Below the pieces are notes generated by a model. The model saw nothing but the letters and a program-made list of their open reading frames with translations, ran no database searches and was not told the origin of the DNA. Both the position numbers and the translations under genes were made by a program. Below, in pieces: positions 24,879-31,461 of a DNA stretch of 32,000 nt. Source of the stretch: Candidatus Saccharimonadota bacterium. Lineage in GTDB: Bacteria; Patescibacteriota; Gracilibacteria; UBA4473. The stretch's first letter is position 1; each line of letters opens with the position of its first letter. The stretch covers positions 210,001 through 242,000 of the forward strand of contig JACKFV010000001.1 of the NCBI GenBank assembly GCA_020632335.1, written 5' to 3'.

Positions 24879-24887
24879 GGGAATCTC

Positions 24888-25775
24888 TTAGTGTCTAATA
24901 GCAGTAAAGCGGGTACCAAAGAGCCCCGCGGGCTTGACCAGCAGCATGAGAATCAGTACCACAAAGGGAATAGCCGCGGTGAAACCACTAGGGATAACCC
25001 CATACCCCACCAGCAGGCTCTGCAAAATGCCGATGATATAAGCCCCCACAATGGCCCCCGGCACCGACCCCACCGCCCCGAGTATCAGCGCCGCAAAGGC
25101 CATAATGCCGATCTGCACGCCCATGGTGGGCTCCAGGTTCTGCTCATAGCCGAGGAAGACCCCCGCCACCGCGGCCAGTACCGTCCCGATGCCGAAGATC
25201 CACCGCATGGCGCTGTCCGCACTCAGCCCAAACATACTCGCCAGGCTGCGGTTACTACTGACGGCCCGCAGCATCTTCCCCGGCCGTGTGTAGGTGAGGA
25301 AGCTCTGCAGCCCCAGCATCAGCAGTAGCGAGGTCACCAGCGCGATAATCTGCACCGGGGTGGCCAGCAAATGCCCCGACAGCAGCGCCATGTTGGGCGC
25401 CGCGCCATCGCTAATGGTGAGGATACCAGCCCCAAAGCCGATGAGAATAAGCGCCTGGATGCCGATGCTCAGCCCAATAGAAACCACCAGCGGGATGAGC
25501 GCATCGCGGTCGCGCAGGGGGCGGAAGAAGACGCGCTCTATGAGGAGGCCCACCAGCAGCGTCACCCCGAGCGTCAGCAGCAGCGCGGGCACTACCGGCC
25601 AGCCCCAGTACTTGTGAGAGACCATAAAGCTATAGGCGCCCACCGCCACCAGCTCTCCGTGAGCGAACTGGAGGAAGCCCCCCACGCCGTAGATGAGAGT
25701 GAGCCCCAGCGCCACAAGGGCGATGAGGCTCCCGGTCACGATGCCATTCCAGAGCAGCTGGAGGAGAAGATCCAT
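24888..25775 (-). CDS. livH: Branched-chain amino acid ABC transporter permease LivH
   Basis: 295 aa. 'GVGGFLQFAHGELVAVGAY' is the family core. Its ATG overlaps the livK stop by 1 nt (TAATG). Confidence 0.85.
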   Translation of the reverse strand: MDLLLQLLWNGIVTGSLIALVALGLTLIYGVGGFLQFAHGELVAVGAYSFMVSHKYWGWPVVPALLLTLGVTLLVGLLIERVFFRPLRDRDALIPLVVSIGLSIGIQALILIGFGAGILTISDGAAPNMALLSGHLLATPVQIIALVTSLLLMLGLQSFLTYTRPGKMLRAVSSNRSLASMFGLSADSAMRWIFGIGTVLAAVAGVFLGYEQNLEPTMGVQIGIMAFAALILGAVGSVPGAIVGAYIIGILQSLLVGYGVIPSGFTAAIPFVVLILMLLVKPAGLFGTRFTAIRH

Positions 25776-26950
25776 TATTCAGCAGGGACAAAATCAGTGC
25801 CGTTGAAGACCAGCAGCGTATGCGCGAGGTTGGTGACGTCTCCGTTCTCGTCAAAGGCCATATCGCCCGAGATACCCGCATATACCGGCATGGCGTAGAG
25901 TGAATCGCGGATGGCAGCGGTATCGCTTGGGTTGGGGATGTGGTTCAGGATATTCCCGAGAATATGCATGCCGTCATAGGCCACCCCGGCGTAGTTCGCG
26001 ATCTCAATAGGGCCGTACTGGGCCTCATACCGGGTGACGAAGTCTTGGAATGCTGGCGTGTCTACCCCGAGAAATGCAGCGCCCGCCACGTCACGATCTC
26101 CGAGGAAGTCACGGAATGCGAGCACATACTTCCCATTATCAGTAGCGATAAACTCGTTCCCCAGAATGGGCAGCATGACCTGCTGTTCTTGCAGTTGCTT
26201 CATGAGGAGCTCCATCTTCGCGGGGGTCTGGGGGTTGAGGAAGAGGGCATCGGCGTCGGCGTTTTTGATTTTCGTGATGCGGGTTTTGAAGTCTGATTCC
26301 GTACTGAGGAAGGTCTCTTCCATCACCTCCCCGGCAAAGTACTCCTGGAATACGCGCGCCACGGCCACCGCGTAGTCGGTTTGTTCGGTCAGCATGGCGA
26401 CTTTCTGGTAGCCTTTTTCATTGGCATACTCGGCCATGATCTTGCCCTGGATGCTATCAGAGGGGAAATTCCGGAAAACAAAGTCCCCGGCCTCGGTGAC
26501 ATCGGGGCTGCTGGACATAGGCGAGAAGAGGATCACCTGCGCTTTCTCGGTTATAGGGGCGGCGGCGAGCGTCTCTCCGCTACACCCCCCACCAAAGATC
26601 ACCGGCACTTTGTCGATATTCACGAGCTTCTGCGCGGCGGCGGAGGCGTCTTTCGGGTTACACTTGCCGTCTTCCCACCGTACCTCCAGCGGGCGGTCAT
26701 GGATGCCCCCAGCGGCGTTGATGTCCTCTACCGCCAGCATGGCTGCCTGCTGTACGGCCGTCCCGTAGATGGCTCCATCACCGGTGAGCGGTAAGACCCC
26801 CCCAATAACAAAGGGCTCTACCGTAGGCGCAGGAGCCTCTGCTGTGGGGGTAGTAGATGCCGTGGTACTGGTGCCGGTGGGCGCCGTGACCTGGCTGCCG
26901 CAGCCGGCCAAGAGCAGCACTGCGAACGCTGAGAATGCCGTGTACTTCAT
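25775..26950 (-). CDS. livK: Branched-chain amino acid ABC transporter substrate-binding lipoprotein (LivK/LivJ type)
   Basis: 391 aa with lipoprotein signal 'AFAVLLLAGC'. 'IGGVLPLTGDGAIYG' and 'INAAGGI' are the type-I periplasmic-binding (Leu/Ile/Val) blocks. ATG verified. Confidence 0.85.
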   Translation of the reverse strand: MKYTAFSAFAVLLLAGCGSQVTAPTGTSTTASTTPTAEAPAPTVEPFVIGGVLPLTGDGAIYGTAVQQAAMLAVEDINAAGGIHDRPLEVRWEDGKCNPKDASAAAQKLVNIDKVPVIFGGGCSGETLAAAPITEKAQVILFSPMSSSPDVTEAGDFVFRNFPSDSIQGKIMAEYANEKGYQKVAMLTEQTDYAVAVARVFQEYFAGEVMEETFLSTESDFKTRITKIKNADADALFLNPQTPAKMELLMKQLQEQQVMLPILGNEFIATDNGKYVLAFRDFLGDRDVAGAAFLGVDTPAFQDFVTRYEAQYGPIEIANYAGVAYDGMHILGNILNHIPNPSDTAAIRDSLYAMPVYAGISGDMAFDENGDVTNLAHTLLVFNGTDFVPAE

Positions 26951-27019
26951 CAGAGGGGGAGGGTAAGGAATACCCCCACCCTACTAGGCTGAGCGGGGGT
27001 GTCAATGGGCCCTCTCCGG

Positions 27020-27367
27020 CTAGTGCTGGCGCAGCAGAGGCGCGTGGGGCAAGATATACACCAGGTGCACGGTAGTGAAGATGAGCAGAAAGAGGCTCAC
27101 CAGTACCGCCACCACGGCGCCATTATGCAGGGCGTTTATCTCCAGCATGCGGGTGGCCATAGCGTGGTTGGCGTCTAGCGGCGTGATGCCCAGTGTCTCT
27201 AGCTTCTCGGCCATGGCGGTGTCGTTCACGCTCTGGTAGATGATGGTCTGGATCTCATTCACATAGAGGGTTTTATCCGTTGCGCGCAGCTGCAGCGCCA
27301 CCCCTAGCCCCATGGCCAAGAAGGACACGAGCAGCAGCAGGCGGGTAATACGAGGAACGGCAGTCAT
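27020..27367 (-). CDS. Small two-TM hypothetical membrane protein
   Basis: Start taken at the internal ATG 27367 ('MTAVPRITRLLLLVSFLAMGLGVAL...VVAVLVSLFLLIFTTVHLVYIL'). The longer track ORF would overlap the gatB start region. I recognise no family. Confidence 0.4.
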   Translation of the reverse strand: MTAVPRITRLLLLVSFLAMGLGVALQLRATDKTLYVNEIQTIIYQSVNDTAMAEKLETLGITPLDANHAMATRMLEINALHNGAVVAVLVSLFLLIFTTVHLVYILPHAPLLRQH

Positions 27368-27423
27368 GGTGAGGGGGTGCAGTAGCCCCACCATAGACCA
27401 AACCCTGAGAGAGCGCAAGCCCC

Positions 27424-27451
27424 TTGCCAGGAATGCTCTGCGGAGTAGGCT
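27424..27451 (+). promoter_or_regulatory. Candidate promoter placing the TSS at the gatB ATG
   Basis: TTGCCA (27424-27429)-N16-TAGGCT (27446-27451), then 7 nt, then ATG 27459. Confidence 0.4.
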
Positions 27452-27458
27452 CCCCCAC

Positions 27459-28880
27459 ATGCAGCCCCTCGACCTAGAAGTCATCATCGGCCTGGAGATA
27501 CACGCGCAGCTGAATACCGCGTCGAAGCTCTTCTGTGGGTGTGATAATGATGCCTTTGGCGCTGAGCCCAACACGCGCGTCTGCCCGGTGTGCATGGGCT
27601 TCCCCGGTATGCTGCCGGTGCTGAATGCCCGCGCGCTGGAGAAAGGTCTGCAGGTGGGGGCGGCGCTGGGGTGCCAACTGCAGCCGTATAGTAAGTTTGA
27701 CCGGAAGAACTACTTCTACCCAGACCTGCCGTGCGGGTATCAGATCAGCCAGTATGATGAGCCCATCGCCGAGCACGGGCATCTCTCTTACCCGGTAGAC
27801 GAGCAGACTGTGCAGAGCGCTGGCATCACCCGGGTGCACCTGGAGATGGACGCCGGCAAGCTCACCCACACGGCCAGTAAGACGCTCTGCGACTACAACC
27901 GCAGTGGTACGCCGCTGGTGGAGATCGTCACCGAGCCAGACCTGCGCAGCGCCACCGAGGCCAGGGAATTTGCGAAGATGGTGCAGCGGACGCTCCGGGC
28001 TACGGGCGCCAGTGACGCGGATATGGAGAAGGGTATGATGCGCTTTGACGCCAGTGTGAGCCTGCGCCCCAGGGGGGACGAGCAGCTCTACCCGCGGGCG
28101 GAGATCAAGAATCTCAATAGCTTCACCAGCCTCTACAAAGCCCTGCAGTATGAGGTCATGCGGCAGCGGCAGCTCTGGGAGGCCGGGACTCCTCCCACAC
28201 AAGAGATCACGGTAGGGTGGAGAGACGATGAGGAGCGCACGCACCTGCTGCGGGAGAAGGAATCTGCGACGGACTACCGCTACTTCCCCGAGCCGGATCT
28301 GCCCCCCATTACCCTCAGCCAGGAGGCCATAGCAGCGGTGGAGAGCACTCTGCCCATGCTGCCCATGGCGGTGTATACCCGGCTGCGGGCCGAGCACATA
28401 CCGCATGAGGAGGCGCTGAGTATCATTGATGATCCTCGGACGGGGGATTTCCTCAGTGCTGCGGTAGCGGCTGGCGCGCCGTACAAGAAGGCCGTGAATG
28501 TCCTGCTGAGCGTGCTGGGCGCGCATGCAGACTGGCAGGATTCGCTGGTGACCCCTGCGCAGGTGGCGGACGGCATAGCCCTGGTGGAGGCGGGGAGGCT
28601 CAGCAGCAGTGGGCTCCGGCAGGTGCTGGAGGCCGCGATGACTACCCCGGGCAGCGCAGAGAAGATTATGCAGCAGCTGGGCGTGGAGCTCAGCCAAGAC
28701 ACCGGGCAGCTGGAGGCGTGGGTACAGGAGGCCCTAGACGGCAACCCGCAGAGCGTAGCTGACTACCGGGAGGGGAAGGAGAAGGCGCTCCAGTACCTGG
28801 TGGGGCAGGTGATGCAGCGTAGCCGCGGGCAGGCCAATCCGCCACAGGTGATGCAGCTGCTGCGGGAGAAACTCGGCTAG
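27459..28880 (+). CDS. gatB: Asp/Glu-tRNA amidotransferase subunit B
   Basis: 'LEVIIGLEIHAQLNT', 'CPVCMGFPGMLPVLN', 'RVHLEMDAGK' and a C-terminal YqeY-like tail are present. Homology starts at the internal ATG 27459, not at the track start 27312. Confidence 0.93.
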   Translation: MQPLDLEVIIGLEIHAQLNTASKLFCGCDNDAFGAEPNTRVCPVCMGFPGMLPVLNARALEKGLQVGAALGCQLQPYSKFDRKNYFYPDLPCGYQISQYDEPIAEHGHLSYPVDEQTVQSAGITRVHLEMDAGKLTHTASKTLCDYNRSGTPLVEIVTEPDLRSATEAREFAKMVQRTLRATGASDADMEKGMMRFDASVSLRPRGDEQLYPRAEIKNLNSFTSLYKALQYEVMRQRQLWEAGTPPTQEITVGWRDDEERTHLLREKESATDYRYFPEPDLPPITLSQEAIAAVESTLPMLPMAVYTRLRAEHIPHEEALSIIDDPRTGDFLSAAVAAGAPYKKAVNVLLSVLGAHADWQDSLVTPAQVADGIALVEAGRLSSSGLRQVLEAAMTTPGSAEKIMQQLGVELSQDTGQLEAWVQEALDGNPQSVADYREGKEKALQYLVGQVMQRSRGQANPPQVMQLLREKLG

Positions 28881-28944
28881 AGCCCGCCCGACAAAACACA
28901 GGCATCCGAAAAGGCACTCACAGCTGTGAGAGAACCCATCTCCA

Positions 28945-29019
28945 TGGTGCCGCGGGTTAGAATCGAACTAACGACACGAGGCTCTTCAGGCCTCTGCTCT
29001 ACCACTGAGCTACCGCGGC
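28945..29019 (-). tRNA. tRNA-Phe (anticodon GAA), CCA encoded
   Basis: Minus strand reads GCCGCGG-TA-GCTC-AGTGGTA-GAGC-A-GAGGC-CTGAAGA-GCCTC-GTGTC-GTTAG-TTCGATT-CTAAC-CCGCGGC-A-CCA. All four stems pair perfectly. Length is 75 nt. Confidence 0.92.
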
Positions 29020-29059
29020 GCGAGCGCACCTTAGGAGTCTGGCGGTGGGTGTCAAGCCC

Positions 29060-29087
29060 TTGCGGAGTAGAGAAATATCGCTATAGG
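29060..29087 (+). promoter_or_regulatory. Candidate promoter placing the TSS at the dus ATG
   Basis: TTGCGG (29060-29065)-N16-TATAGG (29082-29087), then 7 nt, then ATG 29095. Confidence 0.35.
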
Positions 29088-29094
29088 GCGGGGC

Positions 29095-30090
29095 ATGCAG
29101 AGCTTCTGGCATACCCTTCCTCGGCCGCTACTGGTACTGGCCCCCATGAGCGGCTACACCGAGAGCCCCTTCCGGCGGCTTATTAAGGGGATAGAGCCCA
29201 GCACCGTCCTGGTGAGCGAGCTTATCTCTGCGGAGGGAATGCGCCGTGGGAGCGAGAAAACGCTGCGGCTGTGTAGCTTCCACTCGGAGGAGAAGGGCTA
29301 CTACTGTGTGCAGCTCTTTGGCAAGTCGAGCGAGGCCTTCATCGACGCGGGGCAGATGGTGGAGGCGATGGGCGCTGATGGGATCGACATCAACCTGGGG
29401 TGCCCCAGCCCCAAGGTGGTGGGGTCTGGCCATGGGAGTGCGCTGCTGCGGGCCCCCTGCACTACGGCTGAGATGCTCCGGCAGTTGGTGCAGAGCGTTG
29501 GCATCCCCGTGAGCGTGAAGATGCGATTGGGGTTCTATGACAGTGGGCTGCTGCTGGAGACCGTGCGGGCCTTTGAGCAGGCGGGGGTGCAGAGCATAGC
29601 CATCCACGGCCGTACCACGAAGCAAAAGTACACCGGCCAGGCAGACTGGGAGCCGATCTATGCAGTGAAGGACAGCGTGGGCATCCCGGTCATCGGCAAT
29701 GGGGACATCACCAGCGCCTTGATAGCCGCGAAGAAGCTGCGGCACCTGGACGGGGTGATGATAGGCCGGGCGAGTCTGCGCAATCCTTATATATTTCGGC
29801 AGGTGCGAGCGGTATTTGACCAGCTGGCACGCGGCACAGCGCTGGAGGACGTGACGGTACCGCCTAAGCCCTCCCTCCCCCAGCAGCTGGACTTCTACCG
29901 GCATCATGCCACGCTCAGTACGGAGTTTAAGGGCGAGCAATGGGCTATGCGAGAGCTGCGGAAGCACTTTGCGCACTTTGTGCGGGGGGTGCGGTATGCG
30001 TCGGCCTTCCGTGAGCGGCTCATCCGGGTGGAGTCTCGCGCGGAGCTGGAGGCGATATTTGCGGAGATAGAGGAAGCAGCCAAGCACTAA
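29095..30090 (+). CDS. dusB: tRNA-dihydrouridine synthase (DusB-like)
   Basis: 331 aa. 'LAPMSGYTESPFRRL', 'IDINLGCPSPKV' (catalytic Cys) and 'IAIHGRT' are present. ATG verified. Confidence 0.88.
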   Translation: MQSFWHTLPRPLLVLAPMSGYTESPFRRLIKGIEPSTVLVSELISAEGMRRGSEKTLRLCSFHSEEKGYYCVQLFGKSSEAFIDAGQMVEAMGADGIDINLGCPSPKVVGSGHGSALLRAPCTTAEMLRQLVQSVGIPVSVKMRLGFYDSGLLLETVRAFEQAGVQSIAIHGRTTKQKYTGQADWEPIYAVKDSVGIPVIGNGDITSALIAAKKLRHLDGVMIGRASLRNPYIFRQVRAVFDQLARGTALEDVTVPPKPSLPQQLDFYRHHATLSTEFKGEQWAMRELRKHFAHFVRGVRYASAFRERLIRVESRAELEAIFAEIEEAAKH

Positions 30091-30101
30091 AAAGAGAGAC
30101 C

Positions 30102-30134
30102 AAAAAACCTGTAATTTCTCTCAAAATTACAGGT
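30102..30134 (-). terminator. Minus-strand rho-independent terminator with no annotated gene upstream of it
   Basis: Minus strand reads ACCTGTAATTT-TGAGAG-AAATTACAGGT followed by TTTTT. The stem is a perfect 11 bp (30107-30117 / 30124-30134). On the plus strand no T-run follows it. Confidence 0.6.
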
Positions 30135-30179
30135 ATTAACCTTAGTCAAGAAAATGATCACTTTGATACTCTATGGTAT

Positions 30180-30311
30180 CTAGTGACGTTCACCATTTTC
30201 ATTTACTTTTGCATCTGTTCGATGCAGATCGTTGCCGGCGGTATCAGGATAGATACAATTTTCTATTCTTGGACCGGCTGGTAAATAGTCTGGATTTTGA
30301 AAATTTTTCAT
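30180..30311 (-). CDS. Possible 43-aa small ORF in an AT-rich gap (too short for the ORF track)
   Basis: I translated it by hand as MKNFQNPDYLPAGPRIENCIYPDTAGNDLHRTDAKVNENGERH*. ATG at 30311-30309, TAG at 30182-30180, 45 nt upstream of the minus-strand terminator. There is no clear RBS, and it could be a chance ORF. Confidence 0.2.
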   Translation of the reverse strand: MKNFQNPDYLPAGPRIENCIYPDTAGNDLHRTDAKVNENGERH

Positions 30312-30398
30312 GATTTAGAATTTAATGTGTTTAAAAAAATTAATGTTTGGTGTCGACTCCAAATGGTTCTTTCCTTAACTGTATGTAAAAGATGTCAG

Positions 30399-30454
30399 CT
30401 AAGGATTCTCATAGAAAGGAAATAGAGAAACTGCCTCCCTGTGGGAATCCTTAG
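30399..30454. other. 10-bp inverted repeat (possible RNA stem-loop) in the AT-rich gap
   Basis: CTAAGGATTC (30399-30408) and GAATCCTTAG (30445-30454) enclose 36 nt. Confidence 0.3.
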
Positions 30455-30521
30455 AACTGAACACTTCTGACTCTGAAGATTCTGGGGCTGGTGTCAAGAA
30501 AAAAAGCAGAAAAACTCCCCC

Positions 30522-30549
30522 TTGCCAATGCGCCGCAGCCAAGCATACT
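30522..30549 (+). promoter_or_regulatory. Candidate promoter placing the TSS at the ATG of the DUF2797-like gene
   Basis: TTGCCA (30522-30527)-N16-CATACT (30544-30549), then 6 nt, then ATG 30556. Confidence 0.35.
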
Positions 30550-30555
30550 GCGTGC

Positions 30556-31461
30556 ATGAATCTTCAGCTCTTTGCCTACCGGTGGCACGACGATGCCGTA
30601 ACGGAGCTCCAGGCCATAGCTGACGGGCGGTACTATGGCACGCGGCCGGTGCGACTGGGGGAGACTATGAGCATCACCAGAGTCAGTGAGAAGCACTGCG
30701 CGGGCTACCGCCGGGAGGGCGTGTGGCACCCCTGCACCAGTGGCAGCCCCGCGGGCAAGGCCCAGTGTGATAGCTGCGGTGCCAAGGAGGGCAGTTTTGT
30801 CTTCACGGTGTTTGACGGGTTTGACCAGAGCGCGCTCACGGCTGAGGACCTCCAGCGGCTGCAGCACCCCACACAGGTGTACCTAGCGCTCTTTGACCGG
30901 GAGATCATCAAGGTGGGAGTGACCGCCAGCCACCGGGGCGACCGTCGGCAGTGGGAGCAGGGCAGCAGCTACACGGCCTATATAGCCGACGTGCCCGACG
31001 GCATCACCGCACGGCAGATAGAGACGCTGGTACGGCGGCTAGGGGTGGCGGATAAAGTCCCTGCGTCGAAGAAGCACTCGCTGGTGCTACCACCGGTAGA
31101 CGCGGCTGAGGCCACAGTGCTCCTCCAGCAGCTCTATGAGCGGATACAGACAGAGGCCTTCACCGAGCACCCCCACCTCCAGAGCTTCCTCAGCCCCACG
31201 CTCACGGTGCAGGACTGGGGAGAAGTCTATGGTACCGCGGCGCTCGGCATCAGCCCTGCGGCCGTACAGCACTTGGAGCTGCAGGTAGGCGAGGGCATCA
31301 GCGGTACGGTGCGCGCGATGAAGGGCGTGCACCTGCTGCTGGAGGCCGGCGACGAGTGGCACAGCCTCTGTATGAAGGACCTCTACGGCTGCGGGGTAGA
31401 CTGCGCGGAGCGCGCCACGGGCACCCACCTGCAGACCGCCACGCAGAAGAGCCTCTTCTAG
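30556..31461 (+). CDS. Cys-rich hypothetical protein, DUF2797-like (assignment from memory of the family pattern)
   Basis: 301 aa. It has a four-Cys cluster 'HCAGYRREGVWHPCTSGSPAGKAQCDSCG' followed by 'VYLALFDREIIKVGVTASHRGDRRQWEQGSS'. ATG verified. Confidence 0.45.
   Translation: MNLQLFAYRWHDDAVTELQAIADGRYYGTRPVRLGETMSITRVSEKHCAGYRREGVWHPCTSGSPAGKAQCDSCGAKEGSFVFTVFDGFDQSALTAEDLQRLQHPTQVYLALFDREIIKVGVTASHRGDRRQWEQGSSYTAYIADVPDGITARQIETLVRRLGVADKVPASKKHSLVLPPVDAAEATVLLQQLYERIQTEAFTEHPHLQSFLSPTLTVQDWGEVYGTAALGISPAAVQHLELQVGEGISGTVRAMKGVHLLLEAGDEWHSLCMKDLYGCGVDCAERATGTHLQTATQKSLF

Noticed and set aside
26951-27019. G-rich/C-rich segment upstream of livK (GGGGGAGGGT...CCCCCACCCT) as a regulatory hairpin or riboswitch-like leader.
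   Set aside because: The two runs are not properly complementary; only alternative 5-bp pairings are possible. I recognise no known leader motif. It is left as an ordinary intergenic region.
28917-28932. Palindrome CTCACAGCTGTGAG between gatB and tRNA-Phe as a terminator.
   Set aside because: It gives only a 5-bp stem with a 4-nt loop once a loop is allowed. No adjacent T-run exists on either strand. It is too weak to call.
30451-30867. 138-aa minus-strand ORF spanning the edge of the AT-rich gap and the 5' part of the DUF2797-like gene.
   Set aside because: It mostly overlaps the better-supported plus-strand gene. Its translation is compositionally biased without motifs, so it is probably an antisense artefact.
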